From Candidatus Aegiribacteria sp. (GTDB taxonomy: Bacteria; Fermentibacterota; Fermentibacteria; Fermentibacterales; JCC-6), in the NCBI GenBank assembly GCA_023138735.1, contig JAGLOY010000011.1:40-64039 (forward strand): a DNA stretch of 64,000 nt, read 5' to 3'. Positions 8,819-18,617 of the stretch are shown in pieces. The notes under the pieces are model-generated. The model was not told the DNA's origin, did no database searches, and saw nothing but the letters and a program-made list of their open reading frames with translations. The position numbers and the translations under genes were made by a program. Position 1 is the first letter of the stretch. Every line of letters starts with the position of its first letter.

Positions 8819-9681
8819 CAAAGCGAAAAAGAAGAGCGCTTGGAAAAGGTATGGAAGAGATCTTTCCAGGTCTCAGTGACGTTGATAAACTGAGCCCCAG
8901 GGAAGTTGATATAGAATTAATCGATACGAACCCTTTCCAGCCCAGGAAACAATGGAGGAAAGAGGAAATTATATCTCTGGCGCAGTCCATTATCTCTCAG
9001 GGAATACTTCAGCCGCTTGTGATAAGAAGGATCGAAGGAAGGTATCAGCTGATTGCCGGAGAGCGGCGCTTGAGGGCAGCTCGCGAAGCGGGTCTTAAAA
9101 AAGTTCCGGTTGTTGTCAGGGAAGCGGACGATCAGCAGATGCTTGCGCTTGCTCTTGTGGAAAACATACAACGGCAGGATCTGGGCCCCGTTGAGAAGGC
9201 TGAAGCCTTTCAACGGCTTTCTTCGGAATTTGACCTGACCCAGGAGGAAATGGGAGAAATAGTTGGTATAAGCCGATCCGCGGTGGCAAATTTTCAGAGA
9301 CTCCTGGACCTTCCTGAACAGGTGCTCGATATTCTCAGGACAGGTCAGCTGAGTATGGGACACGGAAGGGCTTTGCTTGGGCTTTCGAGTAAAACCATGA
9401 TATCCCGGATGGCGGCCTTCGCGGTTAAGCGAGGTTTATCTGTAAGGCAGATTGAAGCGAGGGTTCGAAAGCAGAATTCAGAAAAAGGGAAAAGAGCAAA
9501 CAGATCTTCCATAATGGAAACCGCTGAAATAAGAAGCCTTGAGGATAATCTGCAGAGAATTTTAAAAACAAAGGTCCGGATAAGCGGAAGAAAGAAGACC
9601 GGTAAAATAGAGATCAGTTATCACAACCTTGATGAGCTGGACAGGATTCTTGCTATTATCAAATCCGGGGTAAATGCCTGA
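8815..9681 (+). CDS. parB: Chromosome partitioning protein ParB/Spo0J
   Basis: It carries the ParB box GERRLRAAREAGL, an HTH region (TQEEMGEIVGISRSAVANFQRLL) and a QPRK motif near the N-terminus. Confidence 0.95.
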   Translation: MTKRKRRALGKGMEEIFPGLSDVDKLSPREVDIELIDTNPFQPRKQWRKEEIISLAQSIISQGILQPLVIRRIEGRYQLIAGERRLRAAREAGLKKVPVVVREADDQQMLALALVENIQRQDLGPVEKAEAFQRLSSEFDLTQEEMGEIVGISRSAVANFQRLLDLPEQVLDILRTGQLSMGHGRALLGLSSKTMISRMAAFAVKRGLSVRQIEARVRKQNSEKGKRANRSSIMETAEIRSLEDNLQRILKTKVRISGRKKTGKIEISYHNLDELDRILAIIKSGVNA

Positions 9682-9691
9682 TCGAAAAATG

Positions 9692-9720
9692 TTGACCATT
9701 ATTGATGAAGCGGATATAAT
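9692..9720 (+). promoter_or_regulatory. Sigma70-type promoter for the ferredoxin gene
   Basis: TTGACC lies at 9692-9697, followed by a 17-nt spacer and a perfect TATAAT at 9715-9720. It is 58 nt upstream of the ATG at 9778. Confidence 0.6.
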
Positions 9721-9777
9721 CGCTCAAATACAGTAATGAATAATATTGATTTATATGATGGAATGGAAGGAGAACTA

Positions 9778-9945
9778 ATGGCACACAAAATTAACGATGA
9801 GTGTATTGCCTGCGGAGCGTGTAAACCGGAATGTCCAGTTGACGCTATAAGCGAAGGAGATAAGTACACGATAGATCCCGACACATGTATAGACTGCGGA
9901 GCATGCGTTCCGGCCTGCCCTGTGGGAGCTATTGACGTTCCGTAA
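9778..9945 (+). CDS. 2x[4Fe-4S] ferredoxin (55 aa)
   Basis: Two CxxCxxCxxxCP motifs are present (CIACGACKPECP, CIDCGACVPACP). The start is taken at the ATG preceded by GGAAGGAG; the tracked ORF starts earlier, at 9736. Confidence 0.9.
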   Translation: MAHKINDECIACGACKPECPVDAISEGDKYTIDPDTCIDCGACVPACPVGAIDVP

Positions 9946-9970
9946 ATCGGATGTGAGTTTCAAGTAAATA

Positions 9971-10004
9971 AAACCGCCTGATGTTCGTGCCTCAGGCGGT
10001 TTTT
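9971..10004. terminator. Bidirectional intrinsic terminator between convergent genes
   Basis: Stem CCGCCTGA (9974-9981) pairs with TCAGGCGG (9992-9999). It is flanked by an A-run upstream and TTTTT downstream. Confidence 0.75.
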
Positions 10005-12817
10005 CACAGGCTGAAACCAGGCAGATCCGTCTCCTTCATTTCTTCCGCAAGTTCTCTTAACGTAATGCCCCTGTAGTATTTCAGTATCTTGCGCAGTTTT
10101 GAAATAGTGTTCTGACCGGAATTATGGTGCTGTCTGATCCTCTGAAAGAGGTTCATCCTGCCGGAAATGTTTATTGAATCGATCTCCCATGGATGAAAAT
10201 ATAGAACGGGAGTTCTCCTGGTCCTGGCTACCGATCGAAGCAGCATTCGATGTATGAACCCGGGATAGAATCTGAAATACGCCCCTCCTGCCACAGGCAC
10301 TTTCAATCCGGCGATGGATTTTGAAGCAAGAGGAAGTTCGATGATCGAACTCCTTTCTCCATTAAGGTAGAACGGGTTTTGGGGGGCTTCGGGTATTCCA
10401 TAGCGCAGCTTGAACATTGGGTATACGCTGCTATCGTATTTGAAACCCCGTGCAACGATTTCGTCAACCGCCCACGAAGTATCCCCCTTCATGGAAAAAC
10501 TGGGAGCCCTGAAACCGACAGGAGCAGGAATTGAAAGGGAATCTATCAGTTTGAGAAACCTGTCAAGGTTGCTGCTGAATTGTTCTTGTGTCAGTGATGT
10601 AAGCTCAACATGGTTGTACCCATGGTAACCAATTTCATGACCTTTGTTGACAATTTTGAGAACAAGTTCCGGATGACGCTCAACAATCCAACCCAGAAAG
10701 AAGAAAGTTGCATTGGCTTTATGGTCATCGAGGATCTGCAGTATCCTGTCGAGGACACAGTCTATTCTGCTGCTTATCTGATCCCATTTATCATTTGGGT
10801 ACCACTTCCTGGCAGCATATGTCTGGAACCATTCCTCCACATCGAATGATATTGCAACTTTTGAACGCTCACTTCTAACGCCGGTAATCTTCCCGCCCAG
10901 CCACTTGAATCGTTGTATGTCTTTCTTCGAGGGGAATGTATTCATTGTGGCTTCCGAAGATGGATTTGGATGGAGCGTATAGCCGCCCTCCTCAAGAAGA
11001 TCAAGACCTTCAGATACTACTTCAGCGGCGAGATGCTTGGTTCTGTCAAGGAGCTGATGCAGAGCAGTATCGTCTATTGAACAGTCAATGCTCCTCTGAA
11101 TCAGTATTTCACCTGCATCAAGCTCTGGAACCATTTTATGAAGCGTTACTCCAGGAGTATCTCCGTTGAGAAGCGACCAGAATGTCGGGAGCATCCCTCT
11201 GTTTCGCGGAAGAATGGCCGAATGCACATTCCAGGCTCCGAGCCTGGGAATCTTCAGGGTTTTCTTCCTCAATATCTGCGGGCAGGCTACCGATATAAAA
11301 ACATCCGGGTCAAGTGAGGTGAGATAGTCCCTGGACTTCTTTGAATTCAGCCTGCCAAGAGCAGCATACCCGGTATGTTCCCTCCTGGCAGTCTGCCTTA
11401 GGGAATGTGAGTATCGGGTTGGGAAAAGGAAGCTGCCGGATATCTTCAGAGCAGCGAACCTGAACAGTTGAAAGAAAAACCCGAAGCACCCGTAAAGGTT
11501 CATATATCGTCTTATATTCAGTACAGGTTTTGAAAGAGAACCATGACCATGGAGAGAAACCAGTGTATACGTATTGAAAGGTCTTCTCCTAACGATCCTT
11601 GCAATTGTTCTGGGAATGTTGAAAGGCTCATCGTCGCATAGGAAAACAACGTTGAGCGATGGTGATATCAGACGGGTATACAGCGAATAGAGGTCACTGA
11701 CCATCCGCTTAGCAGAGAAGGGTTCGATATCCTCATCTACATGAGCCATCATATCCCTCGTCATGTCTGGAAAGTCGAGGATTCTGTTGACATCAGCAGC
11801 CAGAGAATCGATGTCACCTTCATCGGAAAGAAAACCGTTGCGGCCACCATCTATCAGTTCATGTATTCCGCCAACATTTGTGGAAACAACAGGAACACCT
11901 GCTGCAAGAGATTCCAGAAGTGCTCGGGGAAGTCCCTCGGTACGGGAAGTGATAAGGAAAACATCAAAAGCGGGAAGTATGTCAGCGACATCATTTCTGC
12001 TTCCGAGCAGGATAATGTTATCCCTTAGTTGAAGCAAATCGATCAGATCCTCAGCCTGTTTTCGGAGGGGGCCGTCTCCAACAAGGATGAAGATACTTTC
12101 AGGCCTTGATTTTATAACCTGTGCAGCGACTTTGATGTAAATATCCGGAGCTTTCTCCGGACAGAATCGCATAACAGAACCGATTACTTCCGCGTCTGGA
12201 TTTATGCCCAGTTTCCTTCTGGCTTCAGAACCGCTGCCTCGTGCGGCACAAAACTCATCGAAGTCAACTCCACTGCGCACTATCCTGTAATCATCAAAAT
12301 GACCTAATCCGTGCCCCAGACCTTTGTCACGGTCTCTGGGGCTGACGCAGATATTTATATGAGCCAGATCAAAGCCTATTTTCTCGAGAGTTACATAGAG
12401 CATTTCCTTAAGAGGGTTCATTGAATCGTAAAACGGCCAGCCATGTGCAGTCTGTACTACAACGACATCTTTGGAGGCGGCGGCAGCAATCCTTCCCAGA
12501 AAGCGCGCCTTTGATCCATGTGTATGGACAATGTTGTATTTACCCTTGCGGATGATTTCTTTTATTTCGCAAAGGGCCAGAAAATCACTAAAAGGAGAGA
12601 TGTTCCTTTTGAGATGAGGAGCCGTAATGATATTAAGGTTCCACTTTTCCGCAAGGCCAAAGAGATCTCCCTCTGCAGGCTTCTCGGGACCTGTGAGGAT
12701 ATCGGAATGATATCCCTGCGCTGCTATATCTCTGGTAGAGATGAGAGTGTTGTACTGAGCTCCACCTACCGCGAGCTTGGTAATAATGTGGAGAATGCGA
12801 GGCTTTTTCTCCTGCAT
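10004..12817 (-). CDS. Tri-domain fusion: GT4 glycosyltransferase + formyltransferase-like domain + polysaccharide deacetylase (DUF3473-type)
   Basis: The ORF is 937 aa. Residues 1 to about 385 are GT4-like (ILHIITKLAVGGAQ, EGLPRALLESLAAGVPVVSTNVGG). Residues about 390-640 are Fmt/ArnA-N-like (WNVHSAILPRNRGMLPTFWSLLNGDTPGVTLHKMVPELDAGEIL). Residues about 650-937 are NodB/DUF3473-like (ISFDVEEWFQ, TFFFLGWIVERHPELV, GHEIGYHGYNH). Confidence 0.85.
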   Translation of the reverse strand: MQEKKPRILHIITKLAVGGAQYNTLISTRDIAAQGYHSDILTGPEKPAEGDLFGLAEKWNLNIITAPHLKRNISPFSDFLALCEIKEIIRKGKYNIVHTHGSKARFLGRIAAAASKDVVVVQTAHGWPFYDSMNPLKEMLYVTLEKIGFDLAHINICVSPRDRDKGLGHGLGHFDDYRIVRSGVDFDEFCAARGSGSEARRKLGINPDAEVIGSVMRFCPEKAPDIYIKVAAQVIKSRPESIFILVGDGPLRKQAEDLIDLLQLRDNIILLGSRNDVADILPAFDVFLITSRTEGLPRALLESLAAGVPVVSTNVGGIHELIDGGRNGFLSDEGDIDSLAADVNRILDFPDMTRDMMAHVDEDIEPFSAKRMVSDLYSLYTRLISPSLNVVFLCDDEPFNIPRTIARIVRRRPFNTYTLVSLHGHGSLSKPVLNIRRYMNLYGCFGFFFQLFRFAALKISGSFLFPTRYSHSLRQTARREHTGYAALGRLNSKKSRDYLTSLDPDVFISVACPQILRKKTLKIPRLGAWNVHSAILPRNRGMLPTFWSLLNGDTPGVTLHKMVPELDAGEILIQRSIDCSIDDTALHQLLDRTKHLAAEVVSEGLDLLEEGGYTLHPNPSSEATMNTFPSKKDIQRFKWLGGKITGVRSERSKVAISFDVEEWFQTYAARKWYPNDKWDQISSRIDCVLDRILQILDDHKANATFFFLGWIVERHPELVLKIVNKGHEIGYHGYNHVELTSLTQEQFSSNLDRFLKLIDSLSIPAPVGFRAPSFSMKGDTSWAVDEIVARGFKYDSSVYPMFKLRYGIPEAPQNPFYLNGERSSIIELPLASKSIAGLKVPVAGGAYFRFYPGFIHRMLLRSVARTRRTPVLYFHPWEIDSINISGRMNLFQRIRQHHNSGQNTISKLRKILKYYRGITLRELAEEMKETDLPGFSL

Positions 12818-13347
12818 CAGTCGGTTTTATCCATGGCTCCGTTACCTGTGCCGGATCTGCAGGAGAGAGCGAAAAGGTAGAAAAGCACCAGAATAAGAGT
12901 AAGACCCGAGTAGAAAAGCGGGCTTATGAAGATGCACCCCAGCGCCCAGAACGCGAGAAATGGCACCGATACGCATTTGAAATGACTGCCGATGGACCAT
13001 TTTTTGTCTGAACGGCATGTGGAAAAATCTCTGAAAAGGTCCTCCGAGATACTGAAAAGTACGATTGAGATAGCGACCAGCACAAGATGAACAGCCATTC
13101 CCCCGGTAAGGTGATTGCTGTTGATCACCGCGAGAATAGAGGTGAATGCGGGAAGGAAAAGCAGCCCGGCAAGAAGAAAGATCAGCCCGGTAACCAGCAT
13201 CCGGTCAGGTCCGAAGACTGTGTATCTGCTTCTGAGAGTTTTAATAAGTTGCTGCATCAGTATTCTTGAAAGCCTGAAAAGTCCGAAAACAATCAGTATT
13301 ACAATAGCAACCATCGCGTAGTCAATCAGTCTCTGACCCAAATGCAC
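12817..13347 (-). CDS. Multi-pass membrane protein, unknown function
   Basis: The 176-aa ORF has about 5 hydrophobic segments. Its stop overlaps the start of the GT fusion (TGATG), so it is read as the same operon. Confidence 0.6.
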   Translation of the reverse strand: MHLGQRLIDYAMVAIVILIVFGLFRLSRILMQQLIKTLRSRYTVFGPDRMLVTGLIFLLAGLLFLPAFTSILAVINSNHLTGGMAVHLVLVAISIVLFSISEDLFRDFSTCRSDKKWSIGSHFKCVSVPFLAFWALGCIFISPLFYSGLTLILVLFYLFALSCRSGTGNGAMDKTD

Positions 13348-13405
13348 CTCCTGCGAATGGAATAATCAGCACAATATGAAAAAATAAGCCTATCGCGATG
13401 CCTCT

Positions 13406-13984
13406 TCAAGCATTGATATCCCGCGTCTGGAACTTGTATCCCGTCAAAGCGAATATACCGGTCAGCACAACAACCAAGAGCGTTGCCGGATTTGAAGATA
13501 TCGAATGTATCCCGACTGCTCTGAGAAAACCGAATTCATTCATCATGATGACGGCAGAACCGGCAGCGATGTATGCCCCGGAGATGGCGGTAAGAAGAGC
13601 TATTACCGGTTCTCTGTAAAGATGCACGAGAATACCGCAGGTAATAGCGATTCCAGCGTGAGCTACTCCAGGTACGGAGGGCAGAAGACCCCTCACAACA
13701 AAGAGGCCGATTACAGTTCCTATCAGAAACATCGATAGTTTCCAGGCAACAAGCCCAAGGGCAGCTCCGACTATACCCGCCGCCCACGGTATCCAGGGAC
13801 TCGATGCCGTTGTCGTGCTCATAACATCTGCCAGGAGAAATGCTCCCCAGGTGTATCCAATGATAAATCCGAAAAGAATGACAATGAATCCCAGCATTTT
13901 TCTTCCAAGAAAACAGAATAACAGACCAGCGATAAAACTGACGTATGGTAATGTAAATATCTGCGCATCCAGAATAAGATTCAT
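13406..13984 (-). CDS. Multi-pass membrane protein, unknown function
   Basis: The 192-aa ORF has 6-7 Gly/Ala-rich hydrophobic helices. It overlaps the upstream HAD gene by 4 nt. Confidence 0.6.
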   Translation of the reverse strand: MNLILDAQIFTLPYVSFIAGLLFCFLGRKMLGFIVILFGFIIGYTWGAFLLADVMSTTTASSPWIPWAAGIVGAALGLVAWKLSMFLIGTVIGLFVVRGLLPSVPGVAHAGIAITCGILVHLYREPVIALLTAISGAYIAAGSAVIMMNEFGFLRAVGIHSISSNPATLLVVVLTGIFALTGYKFQTRDINA

Positions 13985-14682
13985 TGCAAACCCCTTTCGG
14001 TCAGAAGGTCAAGGATCGGCTGAATACTATCAATAACGAATTCACTGCTTATATCAAGCCCCCTGTTGTAACTGTTAAGTACCAGAACACTGGTGAAACC
14101 ACCCCTTTCGGCAGCGGTTACTCCCTTCTGGGAGTCCTCGAAGACAAGGGCTGACGAGGGCTCGACGTCAAGCAGCGAAGACGCCCTGAGGAATATGTCC
14201 GGGGAGGGCTTTTTCTCGAGATTATCTCCTCCGACTATCATCGGAACAGGCGCTCCTCCGCTGATGAGGATCTTCTGTATAAGCTTGCAGGGGGTGTTAG
14301 ATGCAATACAGAAACGCCAGCGGCATGCGATTCTATCTACAGACAGCATTTCAAGAAGCCTGGCGGACTGCGGAAACAGGGGAACCATGCCGTCGTTCAC
14401 AAACCCTTCGTAGATGTTCTTCTGCCGCTCCCTCGCGAGAGGAACGTCTATACTGCCCAGTCCGTATCTTCTGATCTCCCCCGCAAGACCCTCTCCAAGA
14501 GAAGACCAGTACTTCCAGTAATCCTCGGGAGAAATTTCATGACTCCATGGCTGCAACGCAATATTCCATGATCTTCTGAAGAGAGGTTCACTGTTCGCCA
14601 GTACACCGTCGAAATCAAAAAGAAATGCAGCAGAGGTATCCCAAGCCGAGATAAATTTGTGCTTAACCTTGTGTTTCGTCAT
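13981..14682 (-). CDS. HAD-superfamily hydrolase (beta-phosphoglucomutase-like subfamily)
   Basis: Motif I is FLFDFDGVLANSE and a later acidic motif is VFEDSQKGVTAA. The ORF is 233 aa. Confidence 0.85.
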   Translation of the reverse strand: MTKHKVKHKFISAWDTSAAFLFDFDGVLANSEPLFRRSWNIALQPWSHEISPEDYWKYWSSLGEGLAGEIRRYGLGSIDVPLARERQKNIYEGFVNDGMVPLFPQSARLLEMLSVDRIACRWRFCIASNTPCKLIQKILISGGAPVPMIVGGDNLEKKPSPDIFLRASSLLDVEPSSALVFEDSQKGVTAAERGGFTSVLVLNSYNRGLDISSEFVIDSIQPILDLLTERGLQ

Positions 14683-14838
14683 GATTTACCACCATACTGC
14701 GAAATATGACCTTGGCTACCGTAAGATCAATATACATAATACAAAAAATGACGGAACTGAGACCACTTCAATCGAATCTTTTCCGGATCAAATACTCGTA
14801 TTTCTGAAGAAGGGGTTTCGCATATCAGGGAGGTTCAC

Positions 14839-15741
14839 TTGTTCAAGAATTTCAATGAAATCAGGCAAGCTGCCAGAGGGATTTCGGACGCAAGAGTCGC
14901 TATTCCCATGGGACACGACGCTTCATCCATAGAGGCGCTGATAACGGCCTTCGAAGAAGAGATTGCATCAGCCGTGATAGTAGGGCCTGCATCCAGGGTG
15001 AGGGACACCCTGCGGGAACTTGGAAGAGAACTTCCGGACGGAATAGAGATCGTGAACTCTGATAATTCTGAAGAAGCCGCGCTGGAGGCCGTAAGACTTG
15101 TACGTTCCGGAGAAGCGAATATTCTGATGAAAGGTTTGCTGAAAACCTCTATCTTCCAGAAAGCGCTGCTCGATAAGGAAACCGGTCTGAGAACCGGTCG
15201 TATACTCAGCCATGTAGCGGTGCTGCAAGTACCCAGCCAGAAAAGGCTTGTTGCAATCTCCGATGGAGGTATGAACATCAGACCGGACAAAGAAGCAACC
15301 CGGCAGATAGCTTTGAACGCAGCTGGTGTCATAACGAAACTAGGGGCGTTCAAACCCCTTGTTGCGCTTCTTGCAGCTGTGGAGGTGCCGAACGAGAAAA
15401 TGCCCGAAACGGTAATGTTCGCTGAAATTGCCGCAGAGGGGATTCCCGGTCTTGATGTCGCGGGTCCTATTGCTGTAGATGGAGCGATGGACCCAGAGGC
15501 GGCAGCGATAAAGGGAATTACTGGAGAAGTTGCCGGAAAAGCCAACGTTCTGATAACCCCTGACATCGCGTGTGGAAACATTCTGGCAAAGGGACTCATG
15601 TACATGTCAGGAGCGGAGTTGGGCGGTCTGATAGCTGGAGCTGCAGCGCCTGTGGTTATGCTCTCAAGGTCTGATGTGCCGCGAACAAAATTAAATTCGC
15701 TGGCCCTTGGAGTTGTGGTATCAGGAGGTAACCATGGCTGA
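14839..15741 (+). CDS. ptb: Phosphate butyryltransferase / phosphate acyltransferase
   Basis: The 300-aa ORF has PTA_PTB-like sequence (VAISDGGMNIRPD, PVVMLSRSD). TTG start after GGGAGG. It lies immediately upstream of buk. Confidence 0.85.
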   Translation: MFKNFNEIRQAARGISDARVAIPMGHDASSIEALITAFEEEIASAVIVGPASRVRDTLRELGRELPDGIEIVNSDNSEEAALEAVRLVRSGEANILMKGLLKTSIFQKALLDKETGLRTGRILSHVAVLQVPSQKRLVAISDGGMNIRPDKEATRQIALNAAGVITKLGAFKPLVALLAAVEVPNEKMPETVMFAEIAAEGIPGLDVAGPIAVDGAMDPEAAAIKGITGEVAGKANVLITPDIACGNILAKGLMYMSGAELGGLIAGAAAPVVMLSRSDVPRTKLNSLALGVVVSGGNHG

Positions 15742-16816
15742 TAATGAAAGACTGATTTTCACGATAAACCCCGGAGGAACCTCAACTAAGGTAGGGTTAT
15801 TTCGCGAAACAGAGCTTGTTTTCGAGAAAAATATCAGACATCTGCCCGATGAGTTGAATGAATTTGATTCCACTTTCGACCAGCATGATTTCAGGCGAAA
15901 AATAATCCTTCAGATTCTTGACGAAGAAGGTTACAGTCTAGAGGACCTTTCAGCTGTTGTTGGTCGCGGAGGCGCGTTCAAACCCCTTGAAAGCGGAACC
16001 TACGAAGTTAACGAAGCTCTCGTTGAGGCTATAAGGGAAGGATCTACCCTGCAGGCTGATCACCCATCCAACCTCGGAGCTCTTCTCGCACATGGTATTG
16101 CGATGGCTGCCGGGATAAAACCTTATATAGTTGACCCAGTGTGTGTTGATGAGATGATAGATGAAGCCAGGCTGTCCGGTCTTCCCTCACTTGAAAGGAC
16201 CAGTCTCAGTCACGCACTCAATATCAGGATGGTCGCCTATAAGGCGGCGGAAATTCTGGGAGGGGAACTCAGCGAACTGAACCTCGTGGTTCTTCACCTA
16301 GGCAGCGGGATATCCGTCACCGCAATTAGAGAAGGCAGAATGATTGACACAAGTCAGGCTAACGACGGAGGACCTTTCAGCCCACAGAGGGTTGGATCTC
16401 TTCCGACAACAGGACTTGTGAAACTATGTCTGTCAGGTGATTACACCTGGAATGATATGAAAGTCATGCTTCTGAAGCGCGGGGGTCTTCTGGCGTATAC
16501 AGGCACCGATCATGTAGGAGAAGCTCTGGACCGGGCAGCGGCAGGAGATAAAGAATGTGATCTTGCCCTGCGAGCGATGGCATATCAGATAACAAAGGAA
16601 GCCGGATCGATGGGTGCTGCGCTTGCGGGAAAAGTCGACGCGGTTGTCATTACCGGAGGAATAGCGCATAACAAATGGATGACGGACAGACTGGAGCAGA
16701 GCCTTGAGTACCTCGGAAAAATCATTATCTTTCCCGGAGAAGAAGAGCTTGAAGCACTTATGAGAGGAGTTCTCAGAGTTCTTGATTCCGTAGAAGACGT
16801 AAAAGTGTATAGATAG
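15734..16816 (+). CDS. buk: Butyrate (short/branched-chain acyl) kinase
   Basis: The N-terminus reads IFTINPGGTSTKVGLF (ASKHA fold). The start is taken at the ATG after AGGAGG, overlapping the ptb stop by 8 nt; the tracked ORF begins at 15707. Confidence 0.9.
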   Translation: MADNERLIFTINPGGTSTKVGLFRETELVFEKNIRHLPDELNEFDSTFDQHDFRRKIILQILDEEGYSLEDLSAVVGRGGAFKPLESGTYEVNEALVEAIREGSTLQADHPSNLGALLAHGIAMAAGIKPYIVDPVCVDEMIDEARLSGLPSLERTSLSHALNIRMVAYKAAEILGGELSELNLVVLHLGSGISVTAIREGRMIDTSQANDGGPFSPQRVGSLPTTGLVKLCLSGDYTWNDMKVMLLKRGGLLAYTGTDHVGEALDRAAAGDKECDLALRAMAYQITKEAGSMGAALAGKVDAVVITGGIAHNKWMTDRLEQSLEYLGKIIIFPGEEELEALMRGVLRVLDSVEDVKVYR

Positions 16817-16832
16817 AAATGAAAGGCGGCAA

Positions 16833-18617
16833 ATGAGGAAGAAGCTGAACACGATAGAAGAAGGAACCATCCTTCTTTCGGGTAATGAAGCTGTGGCGAG
16901 AGGAGCATGGGAATACGGTGTTCACTTTGCCTCGGCCTACCCCGGAACACCTTCAACCGAAATTCTTGAAACGATCGCTGAAGAGTACGATGAGATTGAT
17001 GCTCAGTGGGCTCCAAACGAGAAGGTAGGGCTTGAAGTAATCGCTGGAGCTTCTTTCGCTGGAGCAAGGGTTCTATCGGCAATGAAGCATGTGGGGCTTA
17101 ACGTTGCCGCAGATCCGCTTTTCACACTCAGCTACATCGGAGCGACAGGCGGAATCGTAATTATATCAGCGGATGATCCTGGTATGCACTCAAGCCAGAA
17201 CGAGCAGGACAACAGGCTGATAGGAAAGGCCGCCAAGGTTGTCATCCTCGAACCCTCAGACAGCCAGGAAGCAAAGGATATGGTGGGAGAGGGCTTGAGG
17301 ATCTCCGAGGATTTTGACACTCCTGTTCTTCTAAGACTGACAACAAGGATCTGTCACTCAAAAAGCATGGTGAAGCTCGGCCCTCGAAAAGAGGAATCCG
17401 TAAAGGGTTATGTGGGAGATATAAAGAAAAGAGTGCCCATTCCCGCCCACGCAAGAGCGATGCACAGCAGGGTTGAGAAAAGGCTTAAAGATATTTCCGC
17501 CTGGGGTTCGGAGTACTCTCTGAACAGAATTGAAAAGGGAGATACGTCCCTGGGTATAATTACAAGCGGAATATCCTACCAGTACGTCAAGGAAGTGAGC
17601 CCCGAGGCCAGCGTTCTCAAGATAGGCATTTCTAACCCTTTGCCATGGAACCTTATAGAGAAGTTTATTAACATGGTGGACAGAGTCGTCTTCGTTGAAG
17701 AAAACGATCCCTACCTTGAGGAGAACATCAAAGCCCGGTTCCTCATCCAGGCTGACGGAAAGAACATCGTTCCCATTGAGGGAGAGTTGAATCCTGAGAT
17801 CGTAAGGAAAGCAGTTCACCCCGGCACATCCAGGGAGATAGCTTTCAGCGAGATAGAGCTCCCGGCGAGACCTCCGGCCCTGTGTGCCGGGTGTCCCCAC
17901 AGAGGAGCTTTCTACTGCCTCAGTAAACTTGGCGGCAGTTCAACGGGTGATATAGGCTGTTATACCCTTGGACTTATGCCTCCGCATAACGCGCTGGAAA
18001 CAACGGTATGCATGGGAGCATCCATCGGTGTCCTCGCGGGGATTGAAAAGGCTGTCGGCAGGGAAGGAATGGGAAAACTTGTTGCTGCCATCGGCGAGTC
18101 AACCTTCGTTCATTCGGGAATAACCGGGCTTATAGATATGGTGTACAACGGGAATACAGGAACAGTGATGATCATGGACAACAGCCTCACGGCGATGACC
18201 GGAGGACAGGAAAATCCCACAACAGGTAAGAATCTCCGTGGTGAACCCGCTCCCGTTCTTGATCTGGAGAAATTGGTTACAGCCTGTGGAGTCAAACATA
18301 TTCGCGTTGTCGATCCGCACGACCTTCCGGAAATGGAAAAGATACTGAAAGAGGAAATGAACCGTGATGAACTCTCCGTAATTATTACGAAGAGACCCTG
18401 TATCATGGCTTACAGGCCGATTCGCAAGGGTGTAGCGGAGGTTGACCCCGATAAATGTATAAGCTGCAAGCTGTGTATGAAGCTTGGCTGTCCTGCCATA
18501 AGCTGGGACGGAGAGAAACCGGAGATCAGCAGACATTTATGCTGGCCTGATTGTGATCTGTGCATGCAGGTATGCCCCGTTGATGCCATCTCCAAGGATA
18601 TGGGAGGACTGACATGA
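16833..18617 (+). CDS. iorA: Indolepyruvate:ferredoxin oxidoreductase alpha subunit
   Basis: The 594-aa ORF has a TPP-enzyme N-terminus (GNEAVARGAWEYGVHFASAYPGTPSTEI). Two C-terminal Cys clusters are present (CISCKLCMKLGCP and CDLCMQVCP). Confidence 0.9.
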   Translation: MRKKLNTIEEGTILLSGNEAVARGAWEYGVHFASAYPGTPSTEILETIAEEYDEIDAQWAPNEKVGLEVIAGASFAGARVLSAMKHVGLNVAADPLFTLSYIGATGGIVIISADDPGMHSSQNEQDNRLIGKAAKVVILEPSDSQEAKDMVGEGLRISEDFDTPVLLRLTTRICHSKSMVKLGPRKEESVKGYVGDIKKRVPIPAHARAMHSRVEKRLKDISAWGSEYSLNRIEKGDTSLGIITSGISYQYVKEVSPEASVLKIGISNPLPWNLIEKFINMVDRVVFVEENDPYLEENIKARFLIQADGKNIVPIEGELNPEIVRKAVHPGTSREIAFSEIELPARPPALCAGCPHRGAFYCLSKLGGSSTGDIGCYTLGLMPPHNALETTVCMGASIGVLAGIEKAVGREGMGKLVAAIGESTFVHSGITGLIDMVYNGNTGTVMIMDNSLTAMTGGQENPTTGKNLRGEPAPVLDLEKLVTACGVKHIRVVDPHDLPEMEKILKEEMNRDELSVIITKRPCIMAYRPIRKGVAEVDPDKCISCKLCMKLGCPAISWDGEKPEISRHLCWPDCDLCMQVCPVDAISKDMGGLT

